From positions 1 through 26,280 of the IMG/VR virus record IMGVR_UViG_3300047301_000113: DNA of 26,280 nt; one strand, written 5' to 3'. Position numbers and translations under genes: made by a program. Numbering within the stretch: position 1 is the first letter of the stretch; every line of letters starts with the position of its first letter. Of the stretch, positions 13,695 through 22,672 are shown piece after piece. This DNA is from a virus (taxonomy: Duplodnaviria; Caudoviricetes). The notes beneath the pieces were generated by a model. That model was not told the DNA's origin. It saw only the letters and a program-made list of their open reading frames with translations, and made no database searches.

Positions 13695-14158
13695 TGGCTG
13701 ACTGGGACCTGATAGAGGCTAAGTACAAAGCGGGGCGGGACTCCGTTTCTGCAATCGCCAGGACTCAGTCTATATCAGAAGGCGCCATCCGTAAACGCGC
13801 AAAGAAAAACGGATGGGTTAGAGACCCGGCGGCGACAGTTAGGGAGAAAATTAAAGCGCATTTAGCTGGCGCTAGTACGAGCGAGGGCACTGCCTCACAA
13901 ATTCGTACTATGATGGATGTGGCCGCGCAATCGGGTATTGCCGACATGGAGTACGGGCTAAGCAATAGCCGCAAAATCTTATATCAAGTTGGCCTTAATC
14001 TATCCGTTGCCGAAGATGCTCTCATTGAGCCACGGATACTGAAAACGCTAAACGAAGCCAATGCCGGAGCAATTGAAACTATCCGGCGGATTAGGCAGCT
14101 AGATGAGCCAGCGCAAAAAACCGAATTGCTAGCCGGGTTTAGAATGGTGTCAGAATAA
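13694..14158 (+). CDS. terS: Terminase small subunit (putative)
   Basis: MADWDLIEAKYKAG..SVSAIA....ISEGAIRKRAKKNGWVRD HTH; directly upstream of terL. Confidence 0.8.
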   Translation: MADWDLIEAKYKAGRDSVSAIARTQSISEGAIRKRAKKNGWVRDPAATVREKIKAHLAGASTSEGTASQIRTMMDVAAQSGIADMEYGLSNSRKILYQVGLNLSVAEDALIEPRILKTLNEANAGAIETIRRIRQLDEPAQKTELLAGFRMVSE

Positions 14159-15381
14159 TGATACTAGAGGCAAGCGGAACGGCTTCTCAAATAGCATTTG
14201 TTCACTCAAGAGAGCTTTTCCCTGCGTTCGTTGCAGGCTACGGCAGCGGCAAAACTCACGCGCTATCGCTACGAGCAATCAGGCTATTGATTGAGGATAA
14301 GACCGATATTGCTTACTACATGCCATCTTATGATTTAATCCGCCTAGTTGGGTTCAAGCGTTTGCATGAACTGCTGGTCGGCGCTGGAATTGCCTGCAAG
14401 TTAAATTTAACCAACTTTACTATTGAAGCTTTGGGCTATGGCACGGTAATTTTCAGGACAATGGACGATCCTGAGCGCTTAGTTGGTTATGAAGTGGGCC
14501 ATTCCCTAGTTGACGAGCTAGATACCTTGCCAGCCGCTAAAGCCGAAGCGATATGGAGGCGCGTGTTATCACGTAATCGCCTGAAACTTAAAAACGGCAA
14601 TAGAAATACCATAGCGGTAGGCACTACGCCAGAAGGCTTTCGCTTTGTCTATGAGCAGTGGGGCCGGGACACCCAAAAAGCCGAAGCGAATGGCTATAAA
14701 TTGTATCGTGGCAAAACCTCCGAAAATAAGCATTTACCGGCTGATTACATTGAAAATTTGCGCAATCAATACCCTAAAACCTTGCTTGATGCCTATTTAA
14801 ACGGCGAGTTTGTCAATCTGAGTAATGGCATTATCCAGCGCCAATGGTTTAAACAGTCAACTATCACACCAGATAGTCTATGCATGGGGGTTGACCTAGC
14901 GATCAGCTTAAAAGACAGCGCTGACAGTAGCGCTTTGGTTGTCGGCGGTCTGCAAGATGGGACATTCCATGTAATCTATGCCGAAGCCAAAAAGGGCACG
15001 TTTCACGAGGTGCAGCAATGGATCAAGGAAATTGCCGCCGCCTATCGTCCTACGATTATTTTTATCGAGGCGGTGCAATATCAACTTGCAGCGGTACAGG
15101 AATTGATGCGCACCTCAACACTGCCGGTAGTTGCTGCACGACCCGACAAAGACAAAGCCTCGCGACTAATGCCAGTTGCAGCTCGTTACGAGCAGGGTTT
15201 TGTTGCCCATGCTCCAGCAAACAGCGGCAATGCGATCAAGCAACTGGAAGATGAGCTGGCGGCCTTCCCAAATGGCGCACATGACGATTTAGTTGACGCG
15301 CTGGTGTATGCGTATCTAGCCGCCGCACAAAATTACAACAGCGCACCTGCCGCACGCGCGCCTTTAAAATCCTGGGGATAA
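14158..15381 (+). CDS. terL: Terminase large subunit
   Basis: AGYGSGKT, LVDELD, TTPEG, GVDLA, FPNGAHDDLVDA. Confidence 0.95.
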   Translation: MILEASGTASQIAFVHSRELFPAFVAGYGSGKTHALSLRAIRLLIEDKTDIAYYMPSYDLIRLVGFKRLHELLVGAGIACKLNLTNFTIEALGYGTVIFRTMDDPERLVGYEVGHSLVDELDTLPAAKAEAIWRRVLSRNRLKLKNGNRNTIAVGTTPEGFRFVYEQWGRDTQKAEANGYKLYRGKTSENKHLPADYIENLRNQYPKTLLDAYLNGEFVNLSNGIIQRQWFKQSTITPDSLCMGVDLAISLKDSADSSALVVGGLQDGTFHVIYAEAKKGTFHEVQQWIKEIAAAYRPTIIFIEAVQYQLAAVQELMRTSTLPVVAARPDKDKASRLMPVAARYEQGFVAHAPANSGNAIKQLEDELAAFPNGAHDDLVDALVYAYLAAAQNYNSAPAARAPLKSWG

Positions 15382-15383
15382 CT

Positions 15384-16856
15384 TTGTACAATCCATTTAA
15401 AAAACCAAGCGCCGTAGCAGCTGCAACTACAATCGCCACGGCAACCAAGAGCGACAGCGCCTTAAGCGATGATGTCGCTAATCGGCAGCTTTACCAATGG
15501 CTCTGGCAATATCCAGACCCGGACGAGATGCTGCGCAAAGCTGGGTTATCGCGTTCGGCGCTAAAAATAACGGAGTACGATGACGAAGTTAGTCAGTGTA
15601 TGGACACGAGAAAAGAGGCAGTAGTGGGTACGCCGTGGTGCCTTGAGCCGAATCAAACCCGCATCAGTAAAAACATGACAGCAATGTTAGAACCGCATAT
15701 GGAGAACCTAGTCCGTGGCGCAATGGATGCGGTTTTTTATGGCTACTCGGCCATCGAGGTGGTTTATAAAGGCTCGCCGGGGTCCATCAGTATCGATCAC
15801 CTATCACTCAAGCCGATGGACTGGTTTACCTTCAACGCCGACGGCTGGCAATACATCGATGATGGTGGCGCACATTACCCGCTGGATCCTCGTAAGTTTA
15901 TTGTTACCGTCCGCGCCCCAACTTTTATCAATCCGTACGGCGAGGCGCTACTGTCACGAATCTGGTGGGCGGTATTTTTTAAAAAACATGGTCGTCAATC
16001 CTGGGCTAGGTTCTTGGAGCGCTTTGGCGAGCCATTATTAATTGGCAAAACCGCCGACCAAAAAAAGTTTATTGATGATCTGGTTGCATTAGGCATGGCC
16101 TCCGGGCTGCCCGTCCAGCCAGATGACGATGTTATACCGGTGACAGTGTCGCAGGCGGGCGAGTTTGAGCGCTTTGAAAACGTGCTGTGCCGGTCAATAC
16201 AAAAATTAATCTTAGGTCAAACACTAACCTCCGATGCCAGTAGCGGTGGAAGTTTTGCCGCTGCTAAAGTACACAACGACATCCGGGAAGATAAGCGCCG
16301 AGCTGATACCCGCTTAGTGGCTGCCAGCGTCCAACAGCTGGTCAACACCTTGGCAGAGTTAAATGGCTGGGCAGCGCCTAAATTTATCATGGCAGACGAC
16401 TCGGGGCTGGAAATGAAACGAGCCGAGCGTGACGTACTGCTAGTCAACGGCGGCGTGTTGTCGCTGTCAGAAACTTATTTGCTAGATCGTTATGATTATC
16501 GGCAGGGCGATTTTACCATCCCTACTAATTCAGTATTGCCAACACCGACGCAAGGCCCACAAGATACATCAATGAGTTTTTTCGCATTAGATAAACCACC
16601 CATAGTCAATGGGAGCATAGCTTTTACGCAAGATCAGCAAGTCATCGAGGATTTAGCCGACGCGGTGCTAAATGCACTCAACTCGCCTATTGATCCTGCT
16701 CTTATTGCTACGGCAATCCGGGCCGCTAAAAATCCACAAGACCTTGAAGATCGTTTGGCCGCTGTGCTAACCAGCGCCGACATTAGCAGTTTTAGCAGCA
16801 CACTGGAAAAGGCTTTATTTGCCGCAGATATAATGGGTTATGCCCATGCCGGGTGA
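15384..16856 (+). CDS. Portal protein (Mu gp29/DUF935-like)
   Basis: DAVFYGYSAIEVVY, NPYGEALL, W..FLERFGEP, ILGQTLTS, AAAKVHNDIRED; TTG start. Confidence 0.92.
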   Translation: MYNPFKKPSAVAAATTIATATKSDSALSDDVANRQLYQWLWQYPDPDEMLRKAGLSRSALKITEYDDEVSQCMDTRKEAVVGTPWCLEPNQTRISKNMTAMLEPHMENLVRGAMDAVFYGYSAIEVVYKGSPGSISIDHLSLKPMDWFTFNADGWQYIDDGGAHYPLDPRKFIVTVRAPTFINPYGEALLSRIWWAVFFKKHGRQSWARFLERFGEPLLIGKTADQKKFIDDLVALGMASGLPVQPDDDVIPVTVSQAGEFERFENVLCRSIQKLILGQTLTSDASSGGSFAAAKVHNDIREDKRRADTRLVAASVQQLVNTLAELNGWAAPKFIMADDSGLEMKRAERDVLLVNGGVLSLSETYLLDRYDYRQGDFTIPTNSVLPTPTQGPQDTSMSFFALDKPPIVNGSIAFTQDQQVIEDLADAVLNALNSPIDPALIATAIRAAKNPQDLEDRLAAVLTSADISSFSSTLEKALFAADIMGYAHAG

Positions 16857-18279
16857 TCCACTCGCTATAGGGCTTAATGTTCCCTTTGCTCAAGCTATCA
16901 AGGCCGCGCAACAGCGCAAAGTTGTTTTACCTGACATTTATTATGGCGAACTGCAAGGGCTTGAGCGTCAACTTGCATTTAGTATTGCGGGCGTTGCTAG
17001 TCTCGATCAATTAACAATAGTCCGTGATTCGTTAGCGGCAAAGCTGCAAAGTGGGCAGACGTTTAATCAATGGAAAAAAGATATACTCGAGTCAGGAACA
17101 CTGGATTTACCCCGGCATAGACTAGATAATATTTTTAGAACCAATATACAGGGCTGTTACAACCGGGGGCGTTGGGAACGCTTTGTTGCGGTAAAAGATG
17201 AGCGGCCTTATCTGATGTATGACGCGATTAATGACAGCCGCGTTAGGCCCTCGCATTTGGCAATGGATAATATCATTAGGCCGGTGGATGATGCGTTCTG
17301 GGCTAGCCACGCGCCGTCCAATGGGTATCGTTGTCGATGTCGGTTAATCTCGCTTACAGCCGAGCAAGCCCAAGCGCGATCAGGAGCAGGACATGGGTTA
17401 AATAAGGCTGTTAATGGCGTGGAAATGGAACCCGATAAAGGCTGGGACTATAATCCCGGACAAGATTTATTGGCAGGGGTTAAGTCGGCAATGGCTAACA
17501 AGCAGGGGAAGAGTGGCCCTGTGTTATTATCGGCGCTTAATACAAAAATAGCCGCTGATATGAAAATAATAACTTTACCCGGTTTCGCTGTTGTCCAAGA
17601 AAAACTAGCCGACATAGCCAGTAAAAACCCTGAATGGTTCCCATTGGGCTACAGTGGGATTCATGCGGTTAGCAATCCTGAACTGTATGCCGCTTTTAAT
17701 CCAGAAAAAGCGCTGTTTTACGTGTCCGCAGCGGATGATCCTGTATTAAATTTTAATGCTGCACAAGAATTAACAGCTGCATTAGAAAGCATTAAAGCAC
17801 AGCGTCCTTTGACATTTAAAAATGAGTACGCCATAGAAACGCTATGGCACGAAATAATTCACGGAATAACTGGGATTGCGCCGGTAGTACGGGAAATCGG
17901 GAAAGACTCTATTCAGGAGGGTGTTGTACAGCTGATAGCGCGGCATAGCTATCACAAGCTGGCTATCGCGCTAGGTTATTCAGCAGCGCATCAAAGCGCA
18001 ATTATTAATGGAGGTTATGCCTACCGCCAAGCGACGGGGAACCTTTTATCGATGGCGGATATGGCGGGGGTGGATGTATTTTCATTCGCCGAATTAATCA
18101 TCAAAGAAAGCAACGATTGGCGGCTGATTTTGTCGCAATTATTGGCGGACGGGATGAACCTGAAAGCAGCAGATATGCAGCCGCTATTTAATCAAGCTGA
18201 GCGAATAAACACAGGTGACTTTAAAGAGAAAATTAAGGTAAAAATCAGGAATGCCCGGCGCAACAAGGGCGCATTGTAA
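16840..18279 (+). CDS. MuF (Mu gp30/SPP1 gp7-like) minor head protein with C-terminal HExxH extension
   Basis: RLDNIFRTN...RPYLMYDAINDSRVRPSH...DDAFW...P.NGYRCRC...PDKGWDYNPG, then about 270 more residues with LWHEIIHG...IQEG. Confidence 0.92.
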   Translation: MPMPGDPLAIGLNVPFAQAIKAAQQRKVVLPDIYYGELQGLERQLAFSIAGVASLDQLTIVRDSLAAKLQSGQTFNQWKKDILESGTLDLPRHRLDNIFRTNIQGCYNRGRWERFVAVKDERPYLMYDAINDSRVRPSHLAMDNIIRPVDDAFWASHAPSNGYRCRCRLISLTAEQAQARSGAGHGLNKAVNGVEMEPDKGWDYNPGQDLLAGVKSAMANKQGKSGPVLLSALNTKIAADMKIITLPGFAVVQEKLADIASKNPEWFPLGYSGIHAVSNPELYAAFNPEKALFYVSAADDPVLNFNAAQELTAALESIKAQRPLTFKNEYAIETLWHEIIHGITGIAPVVREIGKDSIQEGVVQLIARHSYHKLAIALGYSAAHQSAIINGGYAYRQATGNLLSMADMAGVDVFSFAELIIKESNDWRLILSQLLADGMNLKAADMQPLFNQAERINTGDFKEKIKVKIRNARRNKGAL

Positions 18280-18514
18280 GTTGACGACGAAAGCTGCCGT
18301 CTTCAATCTGATTTAGAAAAAACGCCGCTTTATTTTCATCGTGACGCATCGTATAAAGGCGAAATAAATCAGCATAGGCGCTATCTTGGCTTAGCGCATA
18401 AAAATATTCTTCCCTAGTTTCAGGGTAGCCGTCGGTTAATTGCAATATTTCAGCATCGGTAATACTGTGATCGTAAATAGTTTCTATATGACTTTCTTTA
18501 ACAACAGCATTCAT
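18245..18514 (-). CDS. 89-aa hypothetical protein convergent with muF; candidate immunity/moron gene
   Basis: GGAGG RBS (18525-18521), ATG 18514, extended -10 TGCTATACT (18549-18541); fills the muF-gpG gap. Confidence 0.8.
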   Translation of the reverse strand: MNAVVKESHIETIYDHSITDAEILQLTDGYPETREEYFYALSQDSAYADLFRLYTMRHDENKAAFFLNQIEDGSFRRQLTMRPCCAGHS

Positions 18515-18552
18515 GGCGCGCCTCCAATAATTCAACTTTGAGTATAGCACAA

Positions 18553-18984
18553 ATGACCACCATCAACATCGGCATAGACAGCGCCGCCGTAAATAACGCA
18601 CTACGGCAACTACTCAGCAACGTGGACGATATGACGCCTGCGTTTAATGCAGTTGGCGAGCACATTGCCAGTCTGGTTGACCTTAACTTTAGAGATGCTT
18701 CTGATCCCTATGGTACGCCTTGGCTACCACTAAAGAAGCCTAGAAAAAACGGTAGCAGTAAGCCGCTCAACGATACCGGTATATTGAAAAATTCAATTAC
18801 CCAGCACCCTACAGCCGATAGCGTAACCATAGGCACCAACGAGCTATATGGCAAGCACCATCAGTTTGGCACTAAGCATGTCCCTCAACGTGCTTTTTTA
18901 CCCACCGAAGATCAAGGCTTACCATTCGACTGGGAGCAGGAAGTAGTAAACATCATCCGCCAACATATAGCCGCCAGCTTTTAA
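18553..18984 (+). CDS. Phage virion morphogenesis protein (Mu gpG-like)
   Basis: F....DPYGTPW.PL...PLNDTG.L.NSI...V.IGTN..Y...HQFG...P.R.FL. Confidence 0.9.
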   Translation: MTTINIGIDSAAVNNALRQLLSNVDDMTPAFNAVGEHIASLVDLNFRDASDPYGTPWLPLKKPRKNGSSKPLNDTGILKNSITQHPTADSVTIGTNELYGKHHQFGTKHVPQRAFLPTEDQGLPFDWEQEVVNIIRQHIAASF

Positions 18985-18989
18985 ACATC

Positions 18990-19014
18990 AAAGCCGCTTA
19001 ATTGCGGCTTTTTT
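18990..19014 (+). terminator. Intrinsic terminator
   Basis: AAAGCCGC-TTAATT-GCGGCTTT-TTT. Confidence 0.85.
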
Positions 19015-19023
19015 GTAAAAATG

Positions 19024-19069
19024 TAGTGAACTCCTTCACCTGTTGCCCATAAGTTAGATGGAATAGAAT
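19024..19069 (+). promoter_or_regulatory. Activator-dependent late promoter 2 (head/tail)
   Basis: TAGTGAACTCCTTCACCTG, 21 bp, TAGAAT. Confidence 0.75.
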
Positions 19070-19098
19070 TTAGTCACAGCTTAATTTGTGTGGCGCTT

Positions 19099-20070
19099 AT
19101 GACTATTCAAACTCTTACCTTTGCGGTTACTCCTCTCATATCATCAGATAGCGAACAAACACGCTTTAGTGGCGTGGCCTATTCCGGCGGGTTAATTCCT
19201 GGCTATGGAAATTATGGCGATGCGGCGATTGATTTAAGTTCGATCACGTTACCAGAAGAAGTATTTGCTCTCGTCGATCACGACCCCGGACAACGCGCTG
19301 GAAAAGGCTCATTAGCTATTATCGGCAATGAGCTGGTATTTTCAGGCGAGTTATTCAAAAGCACCTCCGCAGGTCAAGAAGTCGCCTCACTATTTGCCGA
19401 GGGCGCACCCTGGCAAATGTCAGTAGGTATCCAGTCAAAACCCGAATATAGCAAAAATCCGCGCATTATTGCAGTTAATTCACAAAATTTAAGCCTAAAT
19501 ACTCTCTTTACCCATGCCAGCGTGAGGGAAGTTTCTTTCGTCCCTATAGGCGCAGACCCCAACACTTCAGTTTCTGTTTTCTCACCCGCTTTAGGATCAA
19601 CCATTATGGATCAAGACGAATTATTAGAACGCTTACGCTACATGCTCAACCTGCCAACGCTCTCAACGCTAGAAGAAATCCTGGCAGAACTGGATAAACT
19701 AAAAACCGTTATTTCAACGCCCGAAGATACTACTCAGGGTTTGTCGGCTTATCTATCCGCACAAACAAAAGCACTGGAAGCGGCTAACAAGCAACTGGCA
19801 GATATTAGCCTGGCTGCACGAAAAGCCGATATTGAAGCATTATTCTCTGGATCAGAATTAACAGACGCTGAAAAGCAGCCGTTTTTTGACATGGATAATG
19901 TGCAATTTAGTGCGGTTAAAGCGCATTTTTCCAGTGCTAAACCAAAGGAAATCGACCTATCCCTGACACAAGAGTTCGCAGTCAACGGCAAAAAGCCAGA
20001 GGCGGTGGAATCGCTGCAATCACTTAACGCACAAATGCGTTTACAAGTATCAAATCACAAAAAAGGTTAA
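19099..20070 (+). CDS. Prohead protease/scaffold protein
   Basis: FSGVAYSGG, LVDHD, PWQMSVG, REVSFVPIGAD, then a helical scaffold region. GTG 19090 is an alternative start. Confidence 0.88.
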   Translation: MTIQTLTFAVTPLISSDSEQTRFSGVAYSGGLIPGYGNYGDAAIDLSSITLPEEVFALVDHDPGQRAGKGSLAIIGNELVFSGELFKSTSAGQEVASLFAEGAPWQMSVGIQSKPEYSKNPRIIAVNSQNLSLNTLFTHASVREVSFVPIGADPNTSVSVFSPALGSTIMDQDELLERLRYMLNLPTLSTLEEILAELDKLKTVISTPEDTTQGLSAYLSAQTKALEAANKQLADISLAARKADIEALFSGSELTDAEKQPFFDMDNVQFSAVKAHFSSAKPKEIDLSLTQEFAVNGKKPEAVESLQSLNAQMRLQVSNHKKG

Positions 20071-20074
20071 TTAA

Positions 20075-20710
20075 ATGACAGCTTACACAGAAGCGGCGCG
20101 CAATACCGAAGTATTGCTATCAGAAGCCCCCGGCTCTTTAAGTCGGGAAACCATTACCGTTATTTCAGGCGCTGGAGCATTAGCGGCGGGAACGGTACTA
20201 GGCAAAATCACTAAAGGCGCAGCAACAGCGGCACTCGTTGCGGGCGGCACAGGTAACGGCACATTCTCAGAAGTAACGGTAGGTAATAATTCGCTGGTTG
20301 GCGCATATCGCTTGATAGCGACCGCAGCGACTAAATTTAATCTTGAAAATCCATTGGGCGTATTTCTTGGCGTGGTCACGTTAGGCACTCAATCAACCTT
20401 AGGCGGCTTAACCTTTACTTTTACCGCAGGTGGAACGGCGCATGTTGCAACCGATCAAGCAACAATTACTGTTGCTGCTGGATCTGGAAAATATCTAGCT
20501 TTTGACGCGGATAATTTGGACGGTACAGAAGTAGCTGACGCCGTGCTGTTGTATTCGACCGATGCGACCAGTGCTGACGTTAACGCCGTGGTCATTACCC
20601 GTGCCGCTGAACTTAAATTAGCGAAAGTCGTCTGGGCCTCAACCAACACTGCACCCAACATCGTTATTGGCAAGGCTAATTTAGCCGCCAAAAATATCAT
20701 CATCCGTTAG
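20075..20710 (+). CDS. Head decoration protein (lambda gpD-like) with an inserted beta-rich domain
   Basis: LLSEA....SRETIT..SG...L.AGTVLGKIT...GKY...D....DGTEVA.AVL. Confidence 0.85.
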   Translation: MTAYTEAARNTEVLLSEAPGSLSRETITVISGAGALAAGTVLGKITKGAATAALVAGGTGNGTFSEVTVGNNSLVGAYRLIATAATKFNLENPLGVFLGVVTLGTQSTLGGLTFTFTAGGTAHVATDQATITVAAGSGKYLAFDADNLDGTEVADAVLLYSTDATSADVNAVVITRAAELKLAKVVWASTNTAPNIVIGKANLAAKNIIIR

Positions 20711-20719
20711 GAGTTTATT

Positions 20720-21676
20720 GTGGATTTATTTAAAGATTACTTTACTCGCGAGACTCTCGCCAAAACCTTATTAAAAACACCTTATGTCCCTGGACGTTTG
20801 GGCGAGACTGGCCTATTTGCAACGCGCGGTTTAACCAGCACCACCGCATTGATTGAAGAATTACCTGCTAACGCGGTAACTGCCGATGCTAACAGCATCG
20901 TCCGTGGCGCACCTGCAATTAGTCAGGCGCTTGATTCTCGTAAAATGCACTCCTTTCAAGTCGCATCTTACGGCTGGAAAGCCCGTGTATTAGCGGACGA
21001 AGTGCTCAATGTACGTGCAGCAGGAACAGGCGCGGCTGAACTTATCGCCTCACGAGTCGCTGATAATATTGCTAAATTACGCAGAAAAGCCGATTTCCAG
21101 GCTGAATATTTGCGCATGGCGGTATTAAAATCGCCGTCTAACACCATTGGTAATGCACCTGCCGCTGAGGTTATCGCGGTGCAAACTGACGCGACCAAAT
21201 TGCGTGACCGTCTGTTTAACGCTATCACTATCCCGATTGAAACGGCGCTGGGCGGGATTCCTTACACCGGCATTCGTGTTTTTTGCTCAGACGGTTATTG
21301 GACAAAGCTGATTGAAAACAAATGGATTAAAGATACTTATTTGCAAACGAGTAATGCAACGGTGTTACGAGATTCCGGTCTGACAGAGGAAGTTAGAATA
21401 GCGGGCGTTGCATTTGAGCGTTATCGCGGTCAAGGCACGCTGGCAATTGCAACTGATACTGCTATCGCTGTGCCTGAAGGCGTTGATGAATTATTCCTGC
21501 AATGCTTTGCGCCTGATGACACTCTGGACTCAGTAGGCGTGGGCGCTATTGGCGCACCTTACTATGCACGATCAGAATTAATCCCAGGAAATAAAGGCTG
21601 GGACTTGATTCTTCAATCTCACCCCGTCATGGTCTGTACTCGTCCTGAAGCTGTGCTGGCAATCGCACTGGCTTAA
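20720..21676 (+). CDS. Major capsid protein (lambda gpE-like)
   Basis: 318 aa after the decoration gene; P.VPGRLG..GLF, EYLRM, FERYRG, FAP.D, QSHPV..CTRP. Confidence 0.9.
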   Translation: MDLFKDYFTRETLAKTLLKTPYVPGRLGETGLFATRGLTSTTALIEELPANAVTADANSIVRGAPAISQALDSRKMHSFQVASYGWKARVLADEVLNVRAAGTGAAELIASRVADNIAKLRRKADFQAEYLRMAVLKSPSNTIGNAPAAEVIAVQTDATKLRDRLFNAITIPIETALGGIPYTGIRVFCSDGYWTKLIENKWIKDTYLQTSNATVLRDSGLTEEVRIAGVAFERYRGQGTLAIATDTAIAVPEGVDELFLQCFAPDDTLDSVGVGAIGAPYYARSELIPGNKGWDLILQSHPVMVCTRPEAVLAIALA

Positions 21677-21678
21677 TA

Positions 21679-22101
21679 ATGACTTACACCAGTTCACAGC
21701 AGCTCATTGATCGCTTCGGTGAAGCTGAATTAATCCAGCTTACCGATAGAGACGGCCTGGGCAGCATTAATGCCCAGGTAATCGCTCAGGCGATCAGTGA
21801 TGCGGGCGCGGAAGTCGATGCTTATTTACGCGCTCGTTATCCGCTACCGCTGCTGGCAGTGCCTGATGAGTTGGTGCGAGTCGCATCTGATTTAGCACGT
21901 TATCAATTGTATGACAATCAAATGATTGTCCTGGTACAAGACCGGCGCGATCAGGCGATTAGCTTTTTAAAAGGCTTGTCAAACGGTACGGTTGCACTCC
22001 CAGCCGAGTGTATTAATGCTGTTGCGGGTAAAGCTACGTTAGCGACACCCACAACGCGCATTAACATTTATAGCGATGCTCAACTGGCCGTCATGCTGTG
22101 A
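21679..22101 (+). CDS. Head-tail adaptor (Mu gp36/DUF1320)
   Basis: Y....L.DRFGEAELIQLTDR...AI.DA..EVD.YL..RY.LPL..VP..L....D.ARY.L. Confidence 0.9.
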   Translation: MTYTSSQQLIDRFGEAELIQLTDRDGLGSINAQVIAQAISDAGAEVDAYLRARYPLPLLAVPDELVRVASDLARYQLYDNQMIVLVQDRRDQAISFLKGLSNGTVALPAECINAVAGKATLATPTTRINIYSDAQLAVML

Positions 22102-22523
22102 TTAATTTAAGACCACTCATAGAAACGCGGCTTAAAACGATAACGGATTTTAAAGAGGTGGCAGGAGCCGCTGATTTAGCCAATATCCTGCAAGGTCGCA
22201 TGAGTGATCCAGGTTGTTATGTTTTTGAAGAGCGTGAAACCGCTGGAGAAAACTCACTAGCAACCGCAGTTGTACAACGCGTTATGCAGCAATTCTCGGT
22301 GATTATTGTGGTACGTAACGTCAAGGACAGCAAAGGCGCGGATGCAGCAGATACTAGCTATAGCTTACAGGCTAGTGTTATCACTGCCTTAGTGGGCTGG
22401 ACTCCCAGCGCTAATGCAGAACCGCTTGAATATGTGTCGGGCAGTCTAGTATCTTTTGAGAATGGCTTTCTGATCTACAAAAACACCTTTAAAACCGCTC
22501 AATATTTACGCGCACTAGGATAA
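22098..22523 (+). CDS. Tail completion/terminator protein (Mu gp37-like)
   Basis: V.GAADLA...F.V.IVV.N..D..G.....ALVGWTP; position. Confidence 0.8.
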   Translation: MINLRPLIETRLKTITDFKEVAGAADLANILQGRMSDPGCYVFEERETAGENSLATAVVQRVMQQFSVIIVVRNVKDSKGADAADTSYSLQASVITALVGWTPSANAEPLEYVSGSLVSFENGFLIYKNTFKTAQYLRALG

Positions 22524-22526
22524 ACA

Positions 22527-22670
22527 ATGAATGAAGAGCCCGAACAACTAAAACCGCTATTAACCCAAGAGGAACTCTTAGCGATTTGGCAACTTGATGA
22601 ATATTGGGGTGAAGGTGGCTCATACCTATCTGACCCTTATACCGGCATCCGCACTTTAAATAAGGAATAG
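22527..22670 (+). CDS. 47-aa hypothetical tail-module protein
   Basis: Hand translation MNEEPEQLKPLLTQEELLAIWQLDEYWGEGGSYLSDPYTGIRTLNKE; AGGA RBS; fills the gap. Confidence 0.7.
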   Translation: MNEEPEQLKPLLTQEELLAIWQLDEYWGEGGSYLSDPYTGIRTLNKE

Positions 22671-22672
22671 AA

